Source: Octopus bimaculoides (Eukaryota). From it: a DNA stretch of 64,000 nucleotides. The stretch lies in the NCBI RefSeq assembly GCF_001194135.2, contig NC_068989.1:88260218-88324217 (forward strand), in the 5' to 3' direction. Of this stretch, positions 47,680 to 59,395 are shown piece by piece (within the stretch, counting starts at the first letter, position 1; each line of letters begins with the position of its first letter). A model generated the notes under the pieces. It saw only the letters and a list, made by a program, of their open reading frames with translations. It was not told the origin of the DNA and searched no databases. Made by a program: the position numbers and the translations under genes.

Positions 47680-48420
47680 GGCTGGAAATTTTGAGGGGAG
47701 GGGCTAAGTTGATTACAGCAACCCCAGTTTTTAACTGGTACTTATTTTATTGACCCTGAAAGGATGAAAGCAAAGTCAACCTCAGAGGAATTCGAACTCA
47801 GAATGTAAAGACAGACGAAATGCCGCTAAGCATTTTGCCTGGCGTGCTAACAGTTTTGTCATCTCGCCACCTTAATAATAATAATAATCCTTTCCATGAT
47901 AGGCACAAGGCCTGGAATTTGGGGGAGGGTACTTATTTTATCGACCTCTGAAAGATGAAAGGCAAAGTTGACCTCAGAGGAATTTGAACTCAAAATATAA
48001 GAAGGACAGACGAAAGAATAATAATAATAATAATGATTTCAAATTTTTGCTACAAGGGCTGCTTGGAGGAGGGGATTAAGTCGATTACATTGACCCCCAG
48101 TGTTTCACCAGTACTTAATTTATTGACCCTGAAAGGATGAAAGGAAAGTCGACCGCAGTAGAATTTGAACTCAGAATAAAGCAACGGATGAAATACCCCA
48201 AGGCATTTCGCCCAGCATGCTAACAACTCTGCCAGCTCGCTGCCCTTAATAATAATAATAATAATAGTCCTTTCTACTAAAGGCACAAGCTCTGAAATTT
48301 GGGAAGAGGGGACTAGTCAATTACATCAACCCCAGTACGCAACTGGTACTTAATTTATTGACCCTGAAAGGGTGAAAGAAAGGCCAAGTCGATCTCAGCA
48401 GAATTTCCTGTGCCAAATAA
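47680..48420 (-). mobile_element. Head-to-tail cluster of four SINE-C copies separated by (AAT)n
   Basis: GAAAG(G)ATGAAAG..AAAGT(C/T)(A/G)ACC..GAATTTGAACTC body recurs near 47750, 47945, 48125 and 48360. Confidence 0.88.
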
Positions 48421-48647
48421 TAATAATAATTCTTTTATTGGCCACAAGGGCTAATATAAATAATAATAATAATAATAAACTCTTGTAAGGGAGAGAAAGA
48501 AGGCAAAAGAAATCAATCTATTCAATTTTCCAAAAGATATGGAACATTCAAGTTTCCAGTTGTTTTAATTGACAATTTCCAGGAAGGTACAAGAATCAAA
48601 CACACACACATACAAACATACAACACACATACTCTCTCTTTCTTTAC

Positions 48648-48691
48648 ATCTTTCCATTGGCACCCTTGTCTCTATCGCTAAAAAAAGACTT
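48648..48691 (-). CDS. Candidate 44-nt exon (KSFFSDRDKGANGK)
   Basis: Strong acceptor ttctttctttctctattgcattgcag, moderate donor GTAAAG. Confidence 0.25.
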
Positions 48692-48984
48692 CTGCAATGC
48701 AATAGAGAAAGAAAGAAATGTGAAACAGTAAAAAGGAGACCAATCACATCTTAGTGTTGATGGCCAGAAAGCAAACATCACAGTGAATGCCAGCTTTTTT
48801 TTAACAGAAACCTATGACATCAGTGAGAGTAAATTGGGTGATTTTTTTGTTTTTTTGTTACTATCACCTCAACTTGACCTTACATGAGGGGGAGGAGATG
48901 AGAAGAGAAGATGATAGAGAGAGGGAAGAAGAGAGACAGTGAGAGAGAACCAAGAAAAATAAACACAGATTACAAATACACACA

Positions 48985-49043
<59 letters not shown>

Positions 49044-50199
49044 NNNNNNNNNNNNNNNNNNNNNNNNNNNNNNNNNNNNNNNNNNNNNNNNNNNNNNNNN
49101 NNNNNNNNNNNNNNNNNNNNNNNNNNNNNNNNNNNNNNNNNNNNNNNNNNNNNNNNNNNNNNNNNNNNNNNNNNNNNNNNNNNNNNNNNNNNNNNNNNNN
49201 NNNNNNNNNNNNNNNNNNNNNNNNNNNNNNNNNNNNNNNNNNNNNNNNNNNNNNNNNNNNNNNNNNNNNNNNNNNNNNNNNNNNNNNNNNNNNNNNNNNN
49301 NNNNNNNNNNNNNNNNNNNNNNNNNNNNNNNNNNNNNNNNNNNNNNNNNNNNNNNNNNNNNNNNNNNNNNNNNNNNNNNNNNNNNNNNNNNNNNNNNNNN
49401 NNNNNNNNNNNNNNNNNNNNNNNNNNNNNNNNNNNNNNNNNNNNNNNNCATCAATATACAGACACACATCAATATATAGGCATACACACACACACACACG
49501 TCAACTGATACCTTGAAATTTATATTGGTACAAATATACTTAAGTCTGAAACAGAAAAGTATAGTTTGGCAAAACCACTTTACAGACAAAAGGGGGGGAG
49601 AAAGAGAGAGAGAGGTAAAGAAAGATAAGGTGAAAGATCTAGAACAAATTCAAGAAGTTTGGTTCAATGAGTGGATTTTGGGGGGNNNNNNNNNNGGGGG
49701 GGGTCCATCTTCACAAACCTGCAGAACTAACAAATACTCTATTTTCCTATTTTCCAGCAAACAAGTTGACTGTTTCAGACCAAAATTTACATCCCCCAAA
49801 AAGGTAGATTGATTTATACACCAAGATGGCTTTAGCAGACCAAAAATTCCATGTGAGCTGCAGAAAGATATAAAAAAGCTAGCAATGATGTTTACTATAT
49901 GCTACATCGACTTCTATGCTGTAAAATATGGTACCTCTACGAGAATGTTGAACATGCTAGAAATATTAGCCAAATACTCTTTATAAAACAGACACATTAG
50001 ATTAAGTAGTACTGGCTATAAAAACAATTGGAATGGGTAGAGCTGGAATTTTCTTTGAGCAGAGATTTGCTTTGGACTACACAGACAATAACCTGTATTG
50101 GAAGGACAATGATTGTGTATCACTGCTTATAGATATTTTGGATATGACTAGAATGTTCTGGAGATGGCAATGCATATTTGAAATGGTTGTCAGATTGGC

Positions 50200-50830
50200 A
50201 AATTTGGTGCAGGCATGTTTTGCAACTAAGTGGTTTTGAGTTCAATCCTACCATGCAGCACTTGAAATAAGTGTATTTTACTATAGCCACAGGTCAATCA
50301 ATGTCTTGTGAGTGAATTTGGTAGCCAGAAACTGAGTGGAAGCCTGTTGTGTGTGGGTGGGTGGGTGTGTGTAGCCTTTCTTTTATTCTTTTACTTGTTT
50401 CAGTTATTTGACTGTGGTCATGCTGGAGCACTGCCTTAAAGAGTTTTGTAGTCAAAGAAATCAACCCCAGGACTTATTCTTTGAAAGCTTAGTACTTATT
50501 CTATCGGGGGTCTTTTGCCGAACTGCTAAGCTAGGGGGGACGTAAACAGTATCTTCTACTATAGCTTCAAGCCAACCAAAGCCTTGTGAGTGGATTTGGT
50601 AGACAGAAACTGAAAGCCTGTCCTGTGTGTGTGTATTTGTTCCCCCTACCATCGCTTGACAACCGATGCTGGTGTGTTTGCATCCCCATCCTTTAGCGGC
50701 TCGGCAAAAGAAACCGATAGAACAAGTAATAGGCTTACAAAGAATAAGTCCAGGGGTCGATTTGCTCGACTAAAGGCGGTGCTCCAGCATGGCCACGGTC
50801 AAATGACTGAAACAAATGAAAGAACAAAAG
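50200..50830. mobile_element. SINE-B cluster: head (+), tail (-), then near-complete copy (+)
   Basis: Tails at 50377-50548 (-) and 50675-50830 (+) form an inverted pair. Confidence 0.85.
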
Positions 50831-51199
50831 AATATATATACTCACACACACACACACACGTGTATAATTTGATCTTCTCTAAGATGCTCCTTGTAACCAA
50901 TTTGGAGATTTACTTTGGATACTGACATGAAACGTGCTATATATCTAATGGTGAATGTGTGTGTGTGTGTGTGTGTGTGTGCATGTACACAGATGTGTCA
51001 TGACAGAAATATTCATATTTCAATAAGAGGTTACAGCATTGTATATTCTACAAGATTTAATTTAAAATCCCTTATGAACAGCATAGAGTACTTTACAAAA
51101 TTAATTCATTTACATTTACTCTCAAAGAGATGTTGTAAGCATGAATATATATTACACTTGTTCCAGGTTAATTCCACTTGTTCTGTTGCGTTTCATTTC

Positions 51200-51560
51200 T
51201 GTTACTAAAACATAACAAATTGTACTACTATAAATTATATATAATATATTTATAATACTGTATAGCTGTATATTATATATAAATATTTCAGATCACATAT
51301 GAAATACTATAGCACAGCAATACTATAAATTCTGTAGCATATTGAAATACTATGTTGCTATATATTAAATATATTATAGATTTTATTTTGTATATTATAA
51401 CACTATACTATTTATAAATTATCATTGATATAACTGGGTTACTATAGATTTTAACACAGTAACTACTATAAATTATCTGTGACATACTTAGGTTGTACTG
51501 CCATAGATTATAAAGGATATACTATAACACTGTACTGCTATAAATTACGTATGATATACT
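51200..51560. repeat. Very AT-rich degenerate tandem repeat with recurring TACTATAAATT / ATACTAT cores
   Basis: Seen directly. Confidence 0.7.
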
Positions 51561-51704
51561 GTGTGGTAATAGGTTTACTTCCCAACCACATGACTCTTGG
51601 TTCAGTCCCCATGTGTGGCACCATGGGCAAGTGACTTTCGTTATAGCCTCTGACCGACCAAAGTTTTGTGAGTGGATTTGGAAGACAGAAATTGAATCAA
51701 GCCC

Positions 51705-51743
<39 letters not shown>

Positions 51744-51965
51744 CATAAACACACACACATACATACACGCAGACATACATGTACATATATATGTGTTTGT
51801 CCCCAGCACGCCCCTTGACAAGTGGAGTTGGTTTGTTTATGTCCCTATACCTTAGGAGTTCAGTAAAAGAAGCTAATAGAATAAGTACCGAGATCAATTA
51901 GTTTAACGAAAGCCTTCAAGGTGGTGCCCCAGCATGGCTACAGTCCAATGATTGAAAGAAATAAA
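51555..51965 (+). mobile_element. SINE-B with internal (TC)n(TA)n(CA)n
   Basis: Head, microsatellite, tail. Confidence 0.85.
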
Positions 51966-52485
51966 AAATACTCAAACACTACACAATTGTAAATGATATA
52001 TAACACACTATAAATACATCACAACTACAAAATTAATTGTTTAAGACTATAAAACTTCTCTTTTTCCACTAATGATTGTGAATGTAACATGAAATACCAA
52101 GATGTCAGACTAATCCATATATCAGGAGTTAGCAAACCAGGGTAAATTACCACAAGTGGGGTAAAAATGAAATTCTTGTGGGTAATGAGGATCTAGGATG
52201 TCGGTCAAGTTGATCTCTTAGAAAGTCTATAAGCCACAGTCACTGAGGCACTATATTACAATGAAGGAATCACAGAACAAGACTGTAAGGTAATAGTTTA
52301 CTAATAAAGACCAATAACTACATCACCATAACACATACAGTATAGGGTAGAGAAATTGTTTTTGTAAATTAATTAGCTAAAAAGAGAAATATTTGGCTTC
52401 AGATCTTAAAACAAAATATCAACTGACAACTGTTATGGGCTGGGAAAGGTTAAAGCGAATGATGTGCCACTTATGAAGAACAGTT

Positions 52486-52686
52486 TTAACCCTTTTGCTA
52501 ACAATCTGGCTGAAACCGGCTCTGGCTCTGAGTACAAATGTCTTGAATTAAAATCTTCCACCAAACCTTAGTCACAATTTATGTTCCTAACACTAGCTGA
52601 ATGATAACTTTACTAAATTCTTTGTTATATTTAAACTGAAAGAAACACAGAGCATCTCAAAATAAATATAATAATGAAAGGTTTAA
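52486..52686. mobile_element. piggyBac-type MITE (second family)
   Basis: TTAA-CCCTTTTG...GAAAGGT-TTAA termini. Confidence 0.7.
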
Positions 52687-53714
52687 ATATGTGTTTGCTT
52701 CTGTTTGATTGGCCCCTTGGTAAGATGTAATAGCAGGGGCTCTGTAGTGTAACTGGTAACACTTGGCAAGGTGACAGGTACATGGATCAAACCACACACT
52801 GGGCCTGTTACTCATCTTTTTCCAAAAGTGAACTATTGTTTGTAATGTTGACCACTAAGAATGGAATCTGAAGACAAAGATGAGAGAGTTTGAGCTGAGG
52901 GAGGGGGATAACATGAAAAGGAGGGAGAGAGGAGAAAGAAGAGGGATGGGAAAGCAAAGGAGAGAGGGGAGGTGGGTGAGTTTGGGAGAGGAAGGAAAGA
53001 AAGGGAGAGAAAGAGAGGTGATTTAATAACATAAAACACATAGTCTGGTGCTCTACCATTTCTGGCATTTGCCATCATCAAAATTGTGTGAAATGTTAAC
53101 TAATATTTTAATCTTAATGTTCTTTAAGAGGCTTAAATATCAAATAGTGTTTACAAATAAATATAATTAACAACACACACACACACACACACACAAAATG
53201 TGCACTCATACATCTGTACAAACACACGCTTACAGTTGTCCACCAAACCTGGTGAAGATTATCCTCTTTACTTACACACACATACACACACACACACACA
53301 AACTCTGGTATAAATTACTTGTTCACTAGAAAACAATTAATTTTCATGAATAATTAAGAAAACATGGAGAAGCAGCTCAGTTGTTGACAATTTAATAAAT
53401 TTACCAAACGAGGAGACAGCAAGAACAACAACAAGTAGACATGAAAAACGAGGGAGAAAAACAATAGATTTTTAAATTCCTATTTTCACTAGTTTTGAAA
53501 TTTAATTTGCACAAACTTTTTATTGGTTTCCTTTTTTTTTTTTCTTTTTTAAAGAATTCCAATGTTAGAGAGAGTATAATTTGAGCAAAACATAATTGAA
53601 CAAAATAAATAAATAAATAAAATGATTTTCTACAATCTTGAAAAACAGAAGGAATTTAAAATCTACAAAAATAAAAATAATAATAATAATAATAACAATA
53701 ATAATAATGATTCT

Positions 53715-54100
53715 GCACCAATGTAGCTGTGTGGTAAGAATCTTGCTTCCAAATTTTGTGGTCTTGGGTTTAGTTCCACCGCATGGCAGCTTGAACTAGT
53801 ATCTTTCACTACAGCCCCATAACAAACAAAGCTTTGTGAGTGGATTTGGTAGAAGGAAACCGAAAGAAGCCTATCGTGGATGTGTGACTGTGTGATTTAG
53901 TCTCTGTCCCCATCATTACTAGACAACCAGTGTTGGTTTGTTTTCATCCTTGTAACTTAGTAGCTCAGCAAAAGGAGACCAATAGAATAAGAACCAAGCT
54001 TTAAAATAAGTACTGGGACCAGTATGCTTGACTAAAACCCTTTGAGGCGGTGCCCCAGCATGGCCGCAGTCTAAAGACTGAAACAAGTAAACGATAAAGA
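53715..54100 (+). mobile_element. SINE-B, full length
   Basis: Head, short spacer, tail ending GACTGAAACAAGTAAA. Confidence 0.85.
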
Positions 54101-54375
54101 AGTACCATGTTGAAAAGACCTACAAAGCTGATTACAGTAGAATTTTCAATATTATAAAAAGGAGGGGCAGCAGATGTGCAGAACCATATGAATAACTAAC
54201 AAAATGTTTTCCATGATTTAGTTATGACCCTTTACATTCCAAGATGAAACTCTGCCAGGATCAACTCTGCCTCTCATTCTATCAGCATTAGTAAAATAAA
54301 GAATCTCTGTTAAATAGTGTGGTTTACTTAACCCATTCATTGCAAAATCCAGTTTCATGGTTATTCCAGTAATTA

Positions 54376-54713
54376 CCTTATCTAATGGCCTAAAAGACAC
54401 ACGAGTGCATAGGATGCACCCTAACCTAGGCTGTACTTTTGTAAAATAAATTACAACTAAAATAATGCTTTAATTCCTCTACTTACCTGTATAACTTTGT
54501 TATTACTGGTAATTATAAGCAATTTATTGCATCCACATTCGATATAAACATATCGTAGACGATTGTTCACCAATAGATGGCAGCACACGTTTTGTAGATG
54601 TACATACCATTTTGAGCAAGTTTTGAGACTACATTGAGTGCATTGGACGCAAAGGGTTTTTTAAGCCATTTTTGGGTAAAAAAAAGGTGCATCTTATAGG
54701 CCTTCAAATACAG
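54376..54713. mobile_element. pogo/Tigger-type MITE
   Basis: TA-CCTTATCTAATGGCCTAAAAGACAC / GGTGCATCTTATAGGCCTTCAAATACAG-TG imperfect TIRs; subterminal ATAGGATGCACC. Confidence 0.7.
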
Positions 54714-54864
54714 TGTGTTAAATCTTTACCAAAAAGTAGAATTAGTATTTTCTGCAAATCATGTTTGTGTCAGTAAACTTGACACATCTCAAAGGGAAAT
54801 ATTTTCAAACACGACACGTCCCAGCAAAAGTTAGGATAGTGTATCAAACTGCTTTTCATAGTTA

Positions 54865-55075
54865 ATTCTCTTATTCTTTTACTTGTTTCAGTCATTTGAC
54901 TGCTGCCATGCTGGAGCACTGCCTTTTAGCTGAACAAATCAACCCCAGGAATTATTCTTTGTAAGCCTAGTACTTATTCTATCGGTCTCTTTTGCCAAAC
55001 CGCTAAGTTACAGGGACATAAACACACCAGCATCGATTGTCAAGCGATGTTGGGGGGGACAAACATAGACACACA

Positions 55076-55111
<36 letters not shown>

Positions 55112-55160
55112 ACGGGCTTCTTTCAGTTTCCGTCTATCAAATCCACTCACAAGGCTTTGG
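54865..55160 (-). mobile_element. SINE-B, truncated in the head
   Basis: Tail plus (TA)n, ends at CACAAGGCTTTGG. Confidence 0.88.
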
Positions 55161-55830
55161 AGTAAAAACCTACAGAATTGGTCCCTAGAGTAATGGAAGA
55201 ATGTTATTTTCTCAAACAAGTCATCCTTTACCCTATTTCTGACCACTGACCAAGTATACATGTGGAAACAGCCAAAAGCAGCATTTGACCCAGACTGCCT
55301 TCTTCCAACTGTTAAAAATGGAGGAGGATCTGTGATGATCTGAGGAGCTATAGCTTGGAAATCTGCCAGCACAATAATTTCCCTTCATGGCAGAATTAAT
55401 AGTCAAGACTATTCAAGCATTTTATCTGATCAAATTCATCTTATGGTTGTGGAACTGTTTCCAGAGGGAAATGCAATCTTTCAGGATAACGCACCAATTC
55501 ACACAGGTAAAGTTGTTACTGAATGGCATAACGAACATTCTAGTGAAGTTGAACATCTTATCTGGCCACCACAGTCCCCAGATCCCAATATTATTGAACA
55601 TTTATGGTGTATTTGAGAAAAACAAGTAAGGAGTCAATATCCTCAACTACAAGAACTGGGGACTGTTTTAGCTGAAGAATGGATAAAAATTCCTTTGGAA
55701 ACAATTCAAACTATCTACAAGTCCATACCGCATTGAATTCAAGCTTTAATTACTGCCAAATTACTTCTACACCATATTAAAATTAATTTGTTTGAAATTT
55801 TAATGTTTCCATTATTTCGTCCAACCCCTG
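55160..55830 (+). mobile_element. 5'-truncated Tc1 transposon: decayed DDE domain plus right TIR
   Basis: WKNVIFSNKSSFTLF..VYMWKQPK..LLPTVKNGGGSVMI*GAI..FQDNAPIHT..IWPPQSPDPNIIEHLW; ends TTCGTCCAACCCCTG. Confidence 0.92.
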
Positions 55831-55834
55831 TGTA

Positions 55835-55995
55835 TATATGAAAGGCTTCTTTCATTTTCTGTCTACCAAATCCACTCATAAGGCTTTGGTTGGCCCGAGG
55901 CTTTAGTAGAAGACACTTGCCCAAGGTGCCATGCAGTGGGACTAAACCCGGAACCATGTGGTTGGGAAGCAAGCATCTTACCACACAGCCACTAA
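55835..55995 (-). mobile_element. SINE-B head
   Basis: Family head in reverse. Confidence 0.88.
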
Positions 55996-56699
55996 CTACT
56001 AGAATAAACCATATTTTAATTATTCAGAATGAAAGAATCACATTACAGATCAAATTTTCTTTCTTTCTTTCCTCCTCAAATCTAGCAGAAGATGCAGAAG
56101 GAAACATTAACTAGAAAATATTCAGTTAAGCAAATGTCTCCTACAGCATTGTAAATTGGTTGCTTTTGAGTTGGAATGAAATACATTTGATTCCAATCAA
56201 AAAAATCTAGAGATGATGATGATGATGATGATGAAGAAGAAATGGTTAAGAAGTGAAAAGGAGAATGAGTGGAAGAAGAAGAACGAAGGACAGAGGAAAA
56301 TATAATGAATTTCAGGAAAGAGGGGAATAAGTAGTAAAGAATGATCTAGAAGCAAAAACAAAAAAAAAAGGAATGAGAGAGAGAGGAAGAATTGGGGGAA
56401 ATAGAAGCAGAATTGGAAAAAGAATTAGAAGAATAACAAGCAAAGAAACAAGAAAATAAAAAGATAGGTAAAGAAGGAAGAAATTTGTTCAATATATCAT
56501 GAAAGTGTGTGTGTGTGTGTGTGAGAGAGAGAAAGAGAGAGAGAGAAGTAACTGTTGAGCAGAATGTTAAACACGGCAGCAGATAATAAATATATTATGC
56601 AACTTAATGGGATTGTCTTGGCAGCATTGTACATCAAATTACTTACTTCCTAAAACATACTAAATTTCCAAACTGTAAATCCAAAGGCAGTGAGGTTTC

Positions 56700-57330
56700 A
56701 TAACAACAACAACAACACTGACGATGATGATAATGATGATGGTGATGATGATAGTGATGATGGTGATAGAAACAATGATGATGATGATGGTGATGATGGC
56801 GATGATGATGATGATGAAGTAAATATATTCAGTTTAAGCAGAATTCAACACAGATTTAGCAAACTACTATTAACCAACATTTCTATTTTTAGATTTAGAA
56901 AATATTCTGTGTTTTGTTTGTTTTTGAACTCCACTAGATTTGAGAGAGAGAGATAGATAGATAGATGGAAAGAGAGAGAGAAAGGAGAGAGAGAGAGAGA
57001 AAGGAGAGAGAGAAAGGAGAGAGAGAGAGAGAAAGAGAGAGATAGTATGTTTGTGTGTGTGTGAACATGTGTCTGCGAGTGTGCATGTGTATGTGAGCAT
57101 GGATCTATGGGTGTGAATCTCTGCACCAACGTGCGTGTGTGTGTGTGTGTGTCTGCAAGAGAATGTCTGTTAATGTGCATGAGGCTATGTCTACGTGAGT
57201 GAGAGTCTCTATGGGTGTGTATGTGAAAGCATGTGTGTGCGAATGTCTGTTGATGTGCATGAGTGAGTGTACATCTGTATGTGTGGGTATCTCTATGTAT
57301 GTGAATATCTATGTGTGTGTGTGTGAGTAA
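56700..57330. repeat. Compound microsatellite block: (GAT)n, (GA)n and degenerate (GT)n
   Basis: Seen directly; source of the Asp-, Ser/Leu- and His/Thr-rich spurious ORFs. Confidence 0.9.
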
Positions 57331-57459
57331 GAGAGAGGTTATAGGCAAATCCAAATGGTTAATGAATTGGTTTTGCAATCACCAAGGCCCAGATCTGACC
57401 TGATCCGATCCAACGGAATGGTTCTTTAATGCTATTCTTACCATGTTTCTGCTGAAATA

Positions 57460-57825
57460 TTCTTTTATTCTTTTATTCTTTTATTTGTTTCAGTCATTTG
57501 ACTGCGGCCATGCTGGAGCACTGCCTTTAGTCAAACAAATTGACGCCCGGATTCATTCTTTGTAAGCCTAGTACTTATTCTAAGTTACGGGGATGTAAAC
57601 ACACCACACCAGCATCGGTTGTCAAGCGAAGGTGGGGGGGGGGGACAAACACAAACACAAACACATGACGGGCTTCTTTCAGTTTTCCTCTACCAAATCC
57701 ACTCACAAGGCTTCGATCAGCCCGGGGCTATAGTAGAAGACACTTGCTCAAGATGCCACACACTGGGACTGAACAGGGAACTATGTGGTTGGTAAGCAAG
57801 CTTCTTACCACACAGCCACTCCTGC
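57460..57825 (-). mobile_element. SINE-B, full length
   Basis: Tail, spacer, head. Confidence 0.9.
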
Positions 57826-57829
57826 TTTT

Positions 57830-58204
57830 GTGTTAATTAATTTTGAAACTAATGAAGAATTTAGCGTAAAATAACTTTGTTGTTATTAACTTGGTATTTG
57901 AAACATAAATTAACATGAAATTTTAATAGAAAGTTTCAATTTAGATCACTCTAATTCTTTTAGTGTTCAGATTATTCAAGCAGCTACAATGTGTATTTAT
58001 TCACATCGTTTTGAATTTATCCTGCATTGAGATTTCGATGTTCAAAATGACATTGTAGGGAAGGTGTGAGATGGCAGATCTGGCCAGTTTAAACATTAAA
58101 CATTTGACCAGGATATGGCCGGATCAAATGCTAAAGGGTTAAAGCAGTAAGTTTACATCAAAGGACCAGGAACAGTCTTAAGATAGTTGGTATCCAAAGG
58201 TTAA
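57830..58204. mobile_element. piggyBac-type MITE (about 57952-58142) nested in a second piggyBac-type MITE
   Basis: Inner element is the reverse of 2593-2808 and ends AATGCTAAAGGG-TTAA; outer element resembles 52490-52682 reversed and ends CAAAGG-TTAA. Confidence 0.65.
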
Positions 58205-58351
58205 CGCAAAGGTCTCTAACTACCACCCATGCTCTGCAAATTAAACTGGCTAAGATGGGGACCACAACAAAGGTGTCTTCAATGGATTGTGGCTTTTATT
58301 CTAAGGGGTGGCCTTGGTTTTGACATACACAGTGTTATAATGATTCTGTTG

Positions 58352-58564
58352 CAGTGGTTCCCAACCTTTTTTTATGCCCCGCACCCCTAAAAACTTTTAA
58401 TATGTTCTCGCACCCCTTAAAGTAATAATGTATATAAGAATAAAGGTGCCCAGAGCAATTGCCCTCTTTGATCCCCTATAAATAAAATGCAGCTCAGCTC
58501 ACACCCATTGGAATGCTATCTTGCATCCCCGAGGGGTGCAAGCACCCCTGGTTGGGAACCCCTG
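58352..58564. mobile_element. hAT (Charlie-like) MITE
   Basis: TIRs CAGTGGTTCCCAACC / GGTTGGGAACCCCTG (14/15); TSD not preserved. Confidence 0.85.
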
Positions 58565-58709
58565 TGTTAAGGGATTACGTTTACCGAACAAGTGTTTGTG
58601 GAATATTTAATCATTTACCCTATAGTGAATTCTATTGATTAAACAACTATAACAGCAACTTTTTAAAACGACTGTGAAAGCCCAACGTCAAATCTATTTA
58701 TGTGGGAGT

Positions 58710-59000
58710 GGTGAAAGCATGTGGTCTGGCAGATAAGGTGTTGCACTCATGATTGCAAGATTGTCGTTTCAATTCCTGGACCAGGCAGTGCATTGTGTTC
58801 TTGAGCAAAAGCACCTCATTTCTTATTATTCCAGTCGACTCAGGTGTCAAACAAGTTCCAGTAGTAGCTGGGAAGTGAACTCTGTGACAGACCAGCATCC
58901 CATTCAGAAATAGCAGCAAAATCTCCCTCAACTCAAACATTACGCTCTTAAAAAGAGGAAGAATACATTGGATAATGTGGTCCCAGATCACACTACTTGC
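58710..59000 (+). mobile_element. SINE-D
   Basis: GAAAGCATGTGG..TTCAATTCCTGGACC..GTTCTTGAGCAAAAGCAC..GAAATAGCAGCAAAATCTCCC. Confidence 0.75.
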
Positions 59001-59149
59001 AAGGAGGAAAAGAGACAAAATGGACATGCCTTTAATGCCTGCTCAGTGATGGCTAACGAGAGGCTAAATGATAACAACAACAACAGGTTGGTTTTAACAA
59101 TATATTTTAACAATAGATTACCCTAGAAAATTACCCTCAAAATCAATGC

Positions 59150-59395
59150 CTTGCATCAGATTGACTAACAACATACTATGACCCCCGACCTAAAGATGTT
59201 CTGCAGTCTCTGCTTTCTGCACCTCTAAACAAGGTCCTTACATAGCAGTTACAACATGGCCCTTCTCTAACACTGTTTTTCACCATTAAGGCCCTACACC
59301 AACCACTCCTTCCCTTGGTCCTTCATCCAGAGAATGCCAGTATTCTGGAATTCTCTATCTGCCCATATTTCTCCTACAGATGTCACCTTATAGAT
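59150..59395 (+). mobile_element. CR1-like LINE ORF2 extreme C-terminal remnant
   Basis: SFIQRMPVFWNSLSAHISPT (cf. SFFPRTxxLWNSLP.xVFP). Confidence 0.55.
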
